NCBI GenBank assembly: GCA_001818495.1
Contig: MHKS01000005.1
Coordinates: 180,188-244,187 of the forward strand
Direction: 5' to 3'
Length of the DNA stretch: 64,000 nt
Source: Candidatus Komeilibacteria bacterium RIFOXYD1_FULL_37_29
GTDB taxonomy: Bacteria; Patescibacteriota; Patescibacteriia; UBA1558; GWA2-36-10
A model generated the notes under the pieces. The model was not told the DNA's origin. It searched no databases and worked only from the letters and a program-made list of their open reading frames with translations. Made by a program: the position numbers and the translations under genes. Shown piece by piece: positions 36,661-48,020 of the stretch. The stretch's first letter is position 1. Each line of letters starts with the position of its first letter.

Positions 36661-37462
36661 TAGTCACGCCCATCTAAATTTTCAAGCCTACAAAGATGAC
36701 CTGTCAGAAGTGATAGGTCGTTGCCGTCAGGCCAATATGCGCGTCATAAATATCGGCGCGGCTTATGACACCAGCCTTAAGGCGGTCAATCTAGCTTTGG
36801 CTGAGCCTAGTTTTTATAGTGCCATTGGTCTTCATCCTACTCATGTCTATGATGAAGAGTTTAAGACTGAACATTATCAAGATTTGATTGCTAGCAGTCG
36901 AGGAAGGGTAGTGGCCATGGGAGAAAGTGGTTTTGATTATTTTCACATTCCCGAGCTACTAGAGAAGGGTGTAAAATCAATTGCAGAAATAAAAGCCAAA
37001 CAGGAAGAAGTATTCCGCGCTCATATAAAACTAGCTAGAGAAAATAATTTGGCTTTGGTGGTGCATGGTCGAAATGGCAAGGACGACAACACGGCTTATC
37101 AGGATATCTACCGGGTTTTAAAAGATGAAAATTTTCAAAAAGGAGTTATCCATTGTTACGGTGGAAATTTGGAGGAAGCCAAAGCTTTTGTGGAGCTGGG
37201 ATTTTATATTGGTTTTACCGGTATAATTACCTTTGATAAAACCGGAGCATTGGCCGAGATTGCCCAGTGGATACCGGAAGACAAAATGCTCATTGAAACA
37301 GACGCGCCTTATCTTACTCCCGAGCCCAATCGCGGTAAGCGCAACGAACCAATCTATGTCCAGCATGTGGCTGCCAAGCTATCTCAAATCAGAAATAAAA
37401 ATATTGATGAGATTGTCGAAATTACTGGGAATAATGCCAACAAGTTATTTGATTTAAAATAA
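36650..37462 (+). CDS. tatD: TatD family nuclease
   Basis: DSHAH, GLHP, GESGFDY, VIHCY, IETDAPYLTP...GKRNEP. Confidence 0.93.
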   Translation: MLVDSHAHLNFQAYKDDLSEVIGRCRQANMRVINIGAAYDTSLKAVNLALAEPSFYSAIGLHPTHVYDEEFKTEHYQDLIASSRGRVVAMGESGFDYFHIPELLEKGVKSIAEIKAKQEEVFRAHIKLARENNLALVVHGRNGKDDNTAYQDIYRVLKDENFQKGVIHCYGGNLEEAKAFVELGFYIGFTGIITFDKTGALAEIAQWIPEDKMLIETDAPYLTPEPNRGKRNEPIYVQHVAAKLSQIRNKNIDEIVEITGNNANKLFDLK

Positions 37463-37494
37463 TATTATATTGTTCGGGTTATAAATATAAAAAA

Positions 37495-37821
37495 ATGCTA
37501 GACGAAGATAAAGATTCTCAATTTTCAAAACTAACTCCAGAAAGTATCGTCATTAATTATATCTTTGATATGGAAAACGGCGATTTCGGAATATTGGATG
37601 AAGTAAAAAGTGCCATTCATCAACAAATAGCTTTGGAGCTAGTCAGAGTCGGGCAAGGAAAATTATTGGCGGGTAATTTGGATAAATTTAAAGATTTGGA
37701 TAAAAGACAAATTGTAGAGACTATCCTTGAATCAGGTGATGATTTCTTGGCCAAACAAATAGCCGGTCAAACCAGTGATGTAGAATTTGAAGATTTAGGA
37801 AAAATAATCGATAAAATTTAA
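37495..37821 (+). CDS. Hypothetical acidic protein
   Basis: 108-aa ORF co-directional with its neighbours; no recognised motif. Confidence 0.6.
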   Translation: MLDEDKDSQFSKLTPESIVINYIFDMENGDFGILDEVKSAIHQQIALELVRVGQGKLLAGNLDKFKDLDKRQIVETILESGDDFLAKQIAGQTSDVEFEDLGKIIDKI

Positions 37822-37831
37822 ATAAAATTAT

Positions 37832-38593
37832 ATGGAAAATCCCATTTTTTTAAGTGAACAGTCAGGAAAGTCCTTTGTGTATTATCATACCCATAGAGTT
37901 TATAAAGAAAACCTAGAGGAGGCTATCAAAAGTAAAAAATCTATTGAGTTAGATATTTCTTTTGATGAAAAAGGAGTCTTTTATGAAAAGGGAGCATACT
38001 ATATTGGTCACCCAGTTACTTTTTATACAGAATTTGGGAAAGAGTTTCATAATAATATGTTGCTAGAAGAGGCTATTAAAATATTGGAAGCCAATTCAGA
38101 TATTTTTGTGGTATTAGACTGTAAAGATATCAGAGCTTTTATAAAGATAGAAGAAATTATAAAAAGATTAGGCGCTCACAGGTGTTTATTTCATGCTTTT
38201 ATAAAAGAGTGGTCATTTAGACCATTTGAGAGTGATATTGAAGTAGAGCCACATTGGAAGGAAGAAGAAATTCCTCTAGAGGAAGTTTTACGATTTAAAG
38301 AAAGGAACAAAATTCCTATCATTGGAGCTTGCAAGGGTTTTAGCGAAAAGAGGTTAAGAGATAGAAATGTGGTCAATCAAATAATAGATAGTGTTAAAGG
38401 TAGAGATATTGATAGTATTAGTTTATATATGCCAGGAACAATATTACCACCTTTAGATCTGGCTAGACAGCTTTCTCAGGCGGGCTTTCTTAATTGGATT
38501 AATATTGATAAAATAGAGGGGGTAGATCTAAGCGGTATTACTTATATTGGTATGACCGATGTTTTAGAGAGGGCTTCAGATTTTAAAAGTTAG
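37832..38593 (+). CDS. Hypothetical protein, possibly GDPD/PLC-like phosphodiesterase fold
   Basis: THR, IELDI, IGHP, LDCK motif order resembles GDPD TIM barrels. Confidence 0.55.
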   Translation: MENPIFLSEQSGKSFVYYHTHRVYKENLEEAIKSKKSIELDISFDEKGVFYEKGAYYIGHPVTFYTEFGKEFHNNMLLEEAIKILEANSDIFVVLDCKDIRAFIKIEEIIKRLGAHRCLFHAFIKEWSFRPFESDIEVEPHWKEEEIPLEEVLRFKERNKIPIIGACKGFSEKRLRDRNVVNQIIDSVKGRDIDSISLYMPGTILPPLDLARQLSQAGFLNWINIDKIEGVDLSGITYIGMTDVLERASDFKS

Positions 38594-38621
38594 TATAATA
38601 ATATAATTAATAAAATATTTT

Positions 38622-39401
38622 ATGAGCGAAACTACAATCAATCAGCCAGCCAAGATGATTTCAATCAAAGAGCTGTTTAAGCTATCTTTGGCTGTTTATC
38701 CCACAGTTTTTTGGAAAACTATTAAAATGCTTTTATTGCCCTTAGTGGCTTTTATACCAGTAGGAATTCTGGCTATTTTGATAGTCTTGGTTGAGGATGC
38801 TTCTCCAGCTGCCGGTATGTCCAATTTTTTATATGTAATTTTGGGTTTATTGGGCACGGTGGCGACAATATTTTTTCTCATAGTGATGTATATAGCTCAG
38901 ATTGGAGCAATGATTATAGTCCAAAAAAATGATCCGCAGATACTGATCAAAGATACTTTCCTGTTGGCCAAAAGTAAGGCCTGGAAATTTCTGACCACAT
39001 CTCTTTGGGCCGGCTTATTTGTATTTTTATGGATGCTTTTACTGATTATTCCCGGTTTGGTGATGATGGTTTATTATACTTTTATTGCTTGGATGGTTTT
39101 GGAGGAAGGATTGTCTGGAAAAGCAGCCTTAAAGCGCAGTAAAGGTTTGGTCAAAGATTATTGGTGGGCTGTTTTTTGGCGAATTGTGTTGCCGGCTATA
39201 GTTATTGGTATAGTTTTTGGAACACTGGGGGCTAAGTTGCTACCACCTACTACTCCTGGAGTACCCACACCGTACACCCCTGGTCGGGCTGCTTATGATT
39301 TTTTAACTCAAATCATTTCTTGGGTGATTACTCCATTTTTTGTGGCTTATTCCTATAATATGTATAAGAGTTTGAAAGCTATCAAAGATAAACAAATTTA
39401 A
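38622..39401 (+). CDS. Multi-TM hypothetical membrane protein
   Basis: LLLIIPG...ALKRSKGLVKDYWWAVFWR pattern. Confidence 0.7.
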   Translation: MSETTINQPAKMISIKELFKLSLAVYPTVFWKTIKMLLLPLVAFIPVGILAILIVLVEDASPAAGMSNFLYVILGLLGTVATIFFLIVMYIAQIGAMIIVQKNDPQILIKDTFLLAKSKAWKFLTTSLWAGLFVFLWMLLLIIPGLVMMVYYTFIAWMVLEEGLSGKAALKRSKGLVKDYWWAVFWRIVLPAIVIGIVFGTLGAKLLPPTTPGVPTPYTPGRAAYDFLTQIISWVITPFFVAYSYNMYKSLKAIKDKQI

Positions 39402-39406
39402 AATTC

Positions 39407-40456
39407 ATGGAAACATTTTCATTATTTATTTCAATACTAGTCTTACTTCTTCTAGCGGTGATAATTTTTGTGTTGTTTAAAAAAAATCAGCCCATAGAAA
39501 AAGATGATAAAGCTATGTTGATGCTCCAACAGCAGATAAATGATTTGACCAGACAACTGGGAGATAAAATTGATCAGACCACCCAGCATTCTTCCAAGAT
39601 GCTTCAAGATCAATTTATGGAGACCTCCCGTATTTCCAAAGAGGTTACGGAAAAACTTTTGAAACTAGAAGAAACCAATAAGCAAGTAGTCAGCTTTACT
39701 GATCAATTGCAAAATTTGGAAAAAGTTTTGACCAACGCCAAAACCAGAGGTAATCTTGGCGAAGCCAGTTTGGAAATGATTTTATCAAATATATTGCCAC
39801 CCCAATCTTATGAAATGCAGTATCATTTTGAAAATGGTGAAGCAGTCGATGCGGTAGTTAAAATCAAAGATAGGATCTTACCGGTGGATGCTAAATTTTC
39901 TTTGGAAAATTATCGTCGAATTATTGATGAAAAAGATAAAGATAAAAAATTGGTTTTGGAAAAAGAATTTAAAAGTGATTTGAAAAAAAGGATTGATGAA
40001 ACTAGTAAATATATTCGTCCCAATGAGTCAACTTTGGATTTTGCTTTTATGTTTATTCCAGCCGAAGGCATTTATTATGATCTGCTGATCAATGAAGTAG
40101 GGACAGTCAAAGTAAATACCAGAAGTCTGATTGATTATGCTTTTAATGAAAAAAAAGTAATCATTGTTTCACCGACTACTTTTGCGGCTTATTTACAGAC
40201 AGTCCTACAAGGATTAAAAGCTCTACAAATTGAAGAATCAGCCAAAGAAATACGCAAAAACGTAGAGAAATTACAAAAGCATATGCAAGCTTATGCTGAA
40301 TATCATAAAAAACTGGGTAGCCAGCTATCGACAGTGGCCAATACCTATAATTTTTCTAATAAAGAATTTCAAAAAATAGATAAGGACATCCTTAAAATCA
40401 GCGGAAAAGGTGGTAGTTTGGAGCTCGAAGATGTGGAAAAACCCCGCCTAGAGTAG
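39407..40456 (+). CDS. rmuC: DNA recombination protein RmuC
   Basis: KTRGNLGE, PVDAKF, KYIRP..TLDFAFMFIPAEG, VSPTT. Confidence 0.93.
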   Translation: METFSLFISILVLLLLAVIIFVLFKKNQPIEKDDKAMLMLQQQINDLTRQLGDKIDQTTQHSSKMLQDQFMETSRISKEVTEKLLKLEETNKQVVSFTDQLQNLEKVLTNAKTRGNLGEASLEMILSNILPPQSYEMQYHFENGEAVDAVVKIKDRILPVDAKFSLENYRRIIDEKDKDKKLVLEKEFKSDLKKRIDETSKYIRPNESTLDFAFMFIPAEGIYYDLLINEVGTVKVNTRSLIDYAFNEKKVIIVSPTTFAAYLQTVLQGLKALQIEESAKEIRKNVEKLQKHMQAYAEYHKKLGSQLSTVANTYNFSNKEFQKIDKDILKISGKGGSLELEDVEKPRLE

Positions 40457-40479
40457 GCCATTAGCAATTTTGAAATGTA

Positions 40480-40508
40480 TTGACTTTTTGCGGTTATAGA
40501 TATATAAT
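40480..40508 (+). promoter_or_regulatory. Sigma70 promoter of the atp operon
   Basis: TTGACT-N17-TATAAT. Confidence 0.8.
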
Positions 40509-40547
40509 GTAGCCGCTTTTTGTTTCCGCCAACTGGCGGATAAAATT

Positions 40548-40871
40548 ATGTCAGCAGTCATAAACGACAATAAAAATCAGGATAAGAACGAATGGCTCAG
40601 ACGGGGGATGATGATGTTTGCCGAGTCTACCGGTTGGATCGCCTTTCCTGTTGTTGGTGCTTTATTTTTGGGTAGATGGCTGGATGAAAAGCAAGGGACT
40701 GAACCATTGTATTTTCTTAGTATCACAATTTTGGCTTTTATTATTTCTTCCATTGGCATTGGTATGACGGGAGTAAAGTATATGAAACGAATTGAAAAAG
40801 AAGATAGTCTTCGGCCAAAACCAGTGAAAAATTTAAAGGGAAAAGACGAAAATGAGTCTGGAAATAAATAA
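40548..40871 (+). CDS. AtpZ/AtpI family protein
   Basis: GALFLGRWLD...TEP, two TM segments, first gene of the atp operon. Confidence 0.8.
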   Translation: MSAVINDNKNQDKNEWLRRGMMMFAESTGWIAFPVVGALFLGRWLDEKQGTEPLYFLSITILAFIISSIGIGMTGVKYMKRIEKEDSLRPKPVKNLKGKDENESGNK

Positions 40872-41766
40872 CAATCAAGATATATTGGGTAATATAAGCA
40901 ACTCTTTACAAGAAGAAGTTGAAGTTACTGGCGAGCATCAAATTGATGCCAGTCAATTGGAATACGGAGAAACGGCTTATGAAGAAGAGGGAGAACACGA
41001 GCATACTCTTTTTGCTGAAACTTTATTTAATATTGGTGGCTTTCCTGTCACCAATTCACTGCTGACATCTTGGGTAGCAGTTTTTTTAATTATTATCCTA
41101 TCTTTGGTGATACGGGTTAAGACCAGCCGGGTGCCGTCAAGATTTCAAAGTTTTATCGAAACTATTATTGCTGGTGCCTACACCATGATGGATATGGTGA
41201 CAAATGACAGAAAAAAGAGTGAGAAAATATTTCCGATTATTTTTTCTATTTTTATTTTTATTCTAATAAATAATTGGCTAGGGCTTTTTCCGGGAATTGG
41301 TTCCATTACCTATAATCATACAGTTTTGTTTAGAGGAGGCACCGCTGATTTAAATACTACTTTAGCTTTGGGACTATTTGGAGTAATTGCCGCTAATATT
41401 TTTGGTATTGTTATGGTGGGTGGTTGGCAGTGGTTTAATAAGTTTGTAAATTTAAAAACCATCTTAGAAATTCCCAGAAAAATTGGAAAGGAACCAACAG
41501 TGGTTTTGATTAATCCGATAAACTTTTTTGTCGGCTTAGTTGAGATCATTAGCGAAGTAGCTAAGGTGGCTTCATTATCATTTAGGTTGTTTGGTAATGT
41601 CTTTGCGGGAGAAGTGCTTTTGGCTTCTATTTCGGCCATGCTGGCCTATGGAGTGCCACTGCCATTTATGTTTTTGGAAATCATAGTTGGTATTATTCAA
41701 GCACTTATTTTTGCTATTTTGACCTTAGTTTATTTCACCATTGCCTCAACCGAACACGAACATTAA
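40852..41766 (+). CDS. atpB: ATP synthase subunit a
   Basis: TADLNTT, SLSFRLFGNVFAGE, IQALIF. Confidence 0.96.
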   Translation: MSLEINNNQDILGNISNSLQEEVEVTGEHQIDASQLEYGETAYEEEGEHEHTLFAETLFNIGGFPVTNSLLTSWVAVFLIIILSLVIRVKTSRVPSRFQSFIETIIAGAYTMMDMVTNDRKKSEKIFPIIFSIFIFILINNWLGLFPGIGSITYNHTVLFRGGTADLNTTLALGLFGVIAANIFGIVMVGGWQWFNKFVNLKTILEIPRKIGKEPTVVLINPINFFVGLVEIISEVAKVASLSFRLFGNVFAGEVLLASISAMLAYGVPLPFMFLEIIVGIIQALIFAILTLVYFTIASTEHEH

Positions 41767-41833
41767 TTAATTAATCAAGATAAAAGTAGGAGACTTTAAA
41801 AATAATAAAAATAGTCGACCAAAATTATCTTAA

Positions 41834-42058
<225 letters not shown>

Positions 42059-42135
42059 AATTGATTGTTTTCCTTGTCCTTGTCCGCCAGTCGGTGGATC
42101 AGGCCAGGAATAAGCAATTAATTTAGGTAATCAAT

Positions 42136-42630
42136 ATGGAAATTTTAGAATTATTTGGAGTCGATTGGAAATTGTTGATAGCCCAGCTAGTCAATTTTAT
42201 TGTGGTTGTTTTAGTTTTGTGGTTTTTTGCTTTAAAACCATTGACCAAAACTATGCAGAAGAGAAATGATGAGATTTCCAAAGGGTTAGCTGATGCCAAA
42301 TCTGCTCAAGAAAGATTGAATCAAGTTGAGCGTGATGCCAAAGACAAGCTAAATAAAACCAAAAACGAAGCCATGGTTATTTTGGAAGAAGCCAAAAAAC
42401 AAGCTGAGAAAAGTAAACAAGAAAACGTTGTTAAAACCAAAGAAGAAGTAGCCAAGCTGATTACCAAAGCCAAAGAGCAGATTAATAGTGAAAAAGATGC
42501 TATGATTTCACAGGCCAAAACAGAGTTAGCTGGTACAATCTCTTTAGCTTTGGAAAAGATTTTATCTTCTCAATTATCTAAAGAGCTAGATAAAAAATAT
42601 ATTGATAAAGTATTAAAAGATCTGAAATAA
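42136..42630 (+). CDS. atpF: ATP synthase subunit b
   Basis: QLVNF...LKPL...R coiled coil; operon order. Confidence 0.93.
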   Translation: MEILELFGVDWKLLIAQLVNFIVVVLVLWFFALKPLTKTMQKRNDEISKGLADAKSAQERLNQVERDAKDKLNKTKNEAMVILEEAKKQAEKSKQENVVKTKEEVAKLITKAKEQINSEKDAMISQAKTELAGTISLALEKILSSQLSKELDKKYIDKVLKDLK

Positions 42631-43031
42631 TGAAAAAATATACCGCCAAAATTTTAGCCACCGCTTTATACCGAGCTAGTTTGGGTAAAGAAGGCAAAGA
42701 GTTGGAAAAAATTATGAACAATTTTTCCTCTTATTTAATGGATCACCGTTTAGTAGCCATGATTCCGGGCATTTTAAAGGAATTAGAAAATCTGCATTTT
42801 AATACGGAAGGAATAGTAGTGGCCAATATAACCAGTCGGGAAGAGTTATCACCGGCAGAAATTAAAACGATAGAAGATTTGGTCAGTAAAAAAACCAAAA
42901 AGAAAGTAGTGGTTCGTCAGGAGGAGGATAAAAATATTTTAGGCGGAACCATCATCAAATATGAAGACAAGATTATCGATTTGTCTATCAAAAATCAATT
43001 AAAAAATTTAGCAAAACAATTAAGCAATTAA
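42630..43031 (+). CDS. atpH: ATP synthase subunit delta (short)
   Basis: DKNILGG...IDLSIKNQL; operon order. Confidence 0.9.
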   Translation: MKKYTAKILATALYRASLGKEGKELEKIMNNFSSYLMDHRLVAMIPGILKELENLHFNTEGIVVANITSREELSPAEIKTIEDLVSKKTKKKVVVRQEEDKNILGGTIIKYEDKIIDLSIKNQLKNLAKQLSN

Positions 43032-43035
43032 TAAT

Positions 43036-44568
43036 ATGTCTTACGAGCATTTAGTGAAAAGTTTACAAAAGCAACTGGCCGGTTGGCAAGCAGACGTCAA
43101 GGAAGAAACTGTCGGTACGGTGATTGAAGTGGGTGATGGTATTGCCAAAGCTTCCGGATTATCTGATGTGATGGCTTCTGAGATGCTTGAATTTGAAACC
43201 AAAAGCGGAGAAAAAATCGACGGTGTAGTTTTAAATTTAGAAGAGCATGCTATTGGTGCCATTATTTTGGGTGAATACACCGGCTTAAAAGAGGGTGATA
43301 AAGTAAAAAGAACCAGACGTATTTTAGAAGTACCAGTTGGTGAAGCAGTAGTCGGCCGAGTGGTCAATCCATTGGGAGAAGCCATTGATGGCAAAGGGGC
43401 AATAAAAGCTCAGCAATATTATCCAGTAGAAAAGATTGCCCCAGGTGTTATTACTCGTCAGTCAGTAGTTCAACCGCTCGAAACGGGTATTAAAGTTATT
43501 GATGCTATTATCCCAATTGGTAAAGGACAGCGCGAGTTAATCATTGGCGATCGTCAGATTGGTAAGACAGCCTTGGCCATTGATACTATTATTAATCAAA
43601 AAGGTAAAGATGTTATCTGTATTTATGTAGCTATTGGTCAGAAAGAATCCAAAGTCGCTCGTATTGTGGCTAAATTGGAAGAAACTGGAGCGATGGATTA
43701 TACCACTGTAGTATCAGCTGGAGCATCAGAGTCAGCCGCTTTGTCATATATTGCTCCGTATGCCGGTTGTGCTATGGGCGAATATTTTATGGATAAAGGC
43801 AAAGATGTTTTAGTTATTTATGATGATTTATCCAAGCATGCGGTAGCTTATCGTCAGATTTCTCTACTTTTGAAGAGACCACCGGGACGCGAGGCTTATC
43901 CAGGCGATGTTTTTTATCTACATTCTAGACTCTTAGAAAGAGCCGCTAAAATGAGTGATAAGCTGGGCGGTGGATCACTAACAGCTCTACCGATTATCGA
44001 AACTCAAGCCGGTGATATCTCGGCTTATATTCCCACCAATGTTATTTCTATTACGGATGGACAGATTTTTTTGGAAACAGATTTGTTTTATAAAGGCATT
44101 AGACCAGCCCTATCAACCGGTTTGTCAGTTTCTCGTGTTGGATCAGCCGCTCAGAAAAAGGCCATGAAAAAAGTAGCCGGCAAACTTAAAATTGATTTAG
44201 CGCAGTATCGAGAGCTCGAAGCCTTTGCTCAATTTGGTTCGGATTTGGATGAGGCTACTAGACAACAGTTGGACAGGGGAGCTAGAGTAACAGAAATTTT
44301 AAAACAGGGACAATATAACCCTTTGCCACAGTCAAAACAGATTTCTATCATTTATGCTGCTGCCAATGGTTATTTGGATAAGTTGCCTTTAAAAAATTTA
44401 GCTGCTTTTGAAGAGAAGTTGTTTACTAAAATGGATAGTGAAGGCAAAAATGTTTTGGAAAATATTGAAAAAACTAGTCAATTATCCGAAGCTGATGAAC
44501 AAAAGTTAAAAAATATTATTAGTGATTTGGTCGAGACAGAAGTAAAAGTAGATGAGGATAATAAGTAA
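43036..44568 (+). CDS. atpA: ATP synthase subunit alpha
   Basis: [25 protein letters not shown]. Confidence 0.98.
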   Translation: MSYEHLVKSLQKQLAGWQADVKEETVGTVIEVGDGIAKASGLSDVMASEMLEFETKSGEKIDGVVLNLEEHAIGAIILGEYTGLKEGDKVKRTRRILEVPVGEAVVGRVVNPLGEAIDGKGAIKAQQYYPVEKIAPGVITRQSVVQPLETGIKVIDAIIPIGKGQRELIIGDRQIGKTALAIDTIINQKGKDVICIYVAIGQKESKVARIVAKLEETGAMDYTTVVSAGASESAALSYIAPYAGCAMGEYFMDKGKDVLVIYDDLSKHAVAYRQISLLLKRPPGREAYPGDVFYLHSRLLERAAKMSDKLGGGSLTALPIIETQAGDISAYIPTNVISITDGQIFLETDLFYKGIRPALSTGLSVSRVGSAAQKKAMKKVAGKLKIDLAQYRELEAFAQFGSDLDEATRQQLDRGARVTEILKQGQYNPLPQSKQISIIYAAANGYLDKLPLKNLAAFEEKLFTKMDSEGKNVLENIEKTSQLSEADEQKLKNIISDLVETEVKVDEDNK

Positions 44569-44594
44569 AGTTATAAGTTTGTTTTTATAAGTAT

Positions 44595-45509
44595 ATGCCT
44601 CAAGCCAGTCGGGACATACAAAGAAGAATAAAATCGGTCAAGAGCACCAAGAAAATTACCAAAGCTATGGAGTTGGTCTCAGCCGCTAAAATGCGTAAAG
44701 CAGTATCTAAGGTATTAGCTTCACGGGCTTATTCTGATTTGGTTTGGGACACGGTGTTACATTTGGTCAAAAAAGTAGAAGCCAATAAACATCCGTTTTT
44801 CATGTCTCCGAAGAAAGTATCTAAAGTAGTCGTAGTTTTAATTAGTACCAATCGTGGTCTTTGCGGCAGCTTTAATACGCAACTAGTCAATAAGGTTTTG
44901 GAGTCTATTCGTATTCATCATCCTGAGACAACTAGCACCGATATCATTACTTGCGGAACCAAGGGTCGCGATGAGATTCGTCGCTATAAAGTAAATTTGA
45001 TTGCTGATTTTCGCAAAGAGGATATTACTAACGACTCAGAAGATATCAGGCCAATTGCCCATATGATTACCAAAGATTTTTTGGCCAAAAGATATGATAA
45101 AGTTTTCCTTGCCTATACCGATTTTATGTCGTCTTTAAAGCAGGCTCCGCATGTTAAACAGCTTTTGCCGATAGTGCCGGAAATAGATGCTCGTTTGGGG
45201 CATATCACTCATGAGAAGGGTCAGGGGGAAAAAATAAATGTCGAAAGTTTTTCAGAATTTATTTTTGAACCAGGTCGCCATGATGTTTTGGATGCGTTTT
45301 TGCCCAGATTGTTGGAAGTCCAGATTTATCAGTCAGTTTTAGAATCAGAAGCTTCAGAACATTCGGCTCGTATGTTTGCTATGAGAAACGCCACCGACGC
45401 CGCCAGTGATATGATTGATGAACTAACTTTGGCCTATAACCAGGCTCGTCAAGCTGGTATCACCGGTGAGATTGCCGAAATTGCTGCTGGCAGTGCTGCC
45501 TTAGAATAA
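44595..45509 (+). CDS. atpG: ATP synthase subunit gamma
   Basis: KITKAMELVSA, RGLCGSFN, ASEHSARM, RQAGITGEI. Confidence 0.97.
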   Translation: MPQASRDIQRRIKSVKSTKKITKAMELVSAAKMRKAVSKVLASRAYSDLVWDTVLHLVKKVEANKHPFFMSPKKVSKVVVVLISTNRGLCGSFNTQLVNKVLESIRIHHPETTSTDIITCGTKGRDEIRRYKVNLIADFRKEDITNDSEDIRPIAHMITKDFLAKRYDKVFLAYTDFMSSLKQAPHVKQLLPIVPEIDARLGHITHEKGQGEKINVESFSEFIFEPGRHDVLDAFLPRLLEVQIYQSVLESEASEHSARMFAMRNATDAASDMIDELTLAYNQARQAGITGEIAEIAAGSAALE

Positions 45510-45516
45510 ATTACTG

Positions 45517-46975
<1,459 letters not shown>

Positions 46976-47004
46976 TTTTGGTCAAAGCACTTGGTAATAA
47001 TTTT

Positions 47005-47445
47005 ATGAAAGATTTGAAATTAAAAATAGTTACTCCCGAGAAGATACTCTTTGAAAGGCGCATCTTGCAGGTTTCTGTTTCTACCGTTTTAGGGGAGATT
47101 ACTATTTTGCCAAATCATATACCTTTGGTTTCTCAACTTATTCCCGGAGAGATAGTAGTCAAAACTGATCAGGGCGAAGAGGATCTGATGGCTGTCTCGG
47201 GGGGTTTTGTGGAGATTTTGCCTGATCAAGTAGTGATTTTAGCTGATACAGCCGAAAGAGCTGAGGAGATTGATGAAGAGCGCGCTGAAGCAGCCCGTCT
47301 CAGAGCCGAAGAGGTGCTCAAAACTAAAGTGGCCGACGCTGAAGGATTTGCTATGTTTACGGCTAAGATTGAAAAGGAATTGGCCAGACTGAAAGTGGCT
47401 AGAAAATATAAGAAAAAAGGTTTAAGAACAGGACAAAACAATTAA
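47005..47445 (+). CDS. atpC: ATP synthase subunit epsilon
   Basis: LKIVTPE, GEITILPNH, VSGGF, ILADTAE; ATG 47005. Confidence 0.95.
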   Translation: MKDLKLKIVTPEKILFERRILQVSVSTVLGEITILPNHIPLVSQLIPGEIVVKTDQGEEDLMAVSGGFVEILPDQVVILADTAERAEEIDEERAEAARLRAEEVLKTKVADAEGFAMFTAKIEKELARLKVARKYKKKGLRTGQNN

Positions 47446-47465
47446 GGAGGATAAGTAATACTATT

Positions 47466-47921
47466 ATGAACAACATCTTCACTATTCCTAATGACAAGTT
47501 GGATATGCACGAATGCCCATTGGTGGTCATCAAATGTATTGATTTTCGGTTTCGTCAAACTGATCAAGAATTCGTGGAACGCTGTCTGGGTTTTGATAAC
47601 TTCGACTTGTTTGCTTGGCCTGGAGCAGCTAAGGACGTGCTCAAAAACAATGGATTTAAAACATCCTTTATTGAGTATGTTGTAGCTGTTTCTAGGGGTT
47701 TGCACAAGGTCAAAAAACTACTCTTACTTTGGCACTGGGATTGCGGAGCCTATGGAGGTTCCAAAGCTTTCTCTTCGGCTGAAGAAGAAAAGGCCGCCTA
47801 TCTCAAGGACATCAGTATCGTCAAGGACATGTTGTCCAAGGAGCTACCAGGTGATCTGGAAATTATTATGGCCTACAGTAAGATTGGTCCACAGGGATTA
47901 GAGTATTGCGTCGTTGAGTAA
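47466..47921 (+). CDS. Beta-class carbonic anhydrase-like protein
   Basis: CIDFR and HWDCGAY Zn-ligand motifs (CxDxR, HxxC). Confidence 0.75.
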   Translation: MNNIFTIPNDKLDMHECPLVVIKCIDFRFRQTDQEFVERCLGFDNFDLFAWPGAAKDVLKNNGFKTSFIEYVVAVSRGLHKVKKLLLLWHWDCGAYGGSKAFSSAEEEKAAYLKDISIVKDMLSKELPGDLEIIMAYSKIGPQGLEYCVVE

Positions 47922-47935
47922 TTGTATATGTTTTG

Positions 47936-47971
47936 TTCTCCCTTTCCAGGTAACCTGGAGGGGAGTTTTTT
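47936..47971 (+). terminator. Intrinsic terminator
   Basis: CTCCCtTTCCAGGtaaCCTGGAGGGGAG followed by a T-tract. Confidence 0.7.
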
Positions 47972-48020
47972 ATTACCAAAATTTTTGATTTTTCTGTGGT
48001 TATGGGTTAATATTAAACTT

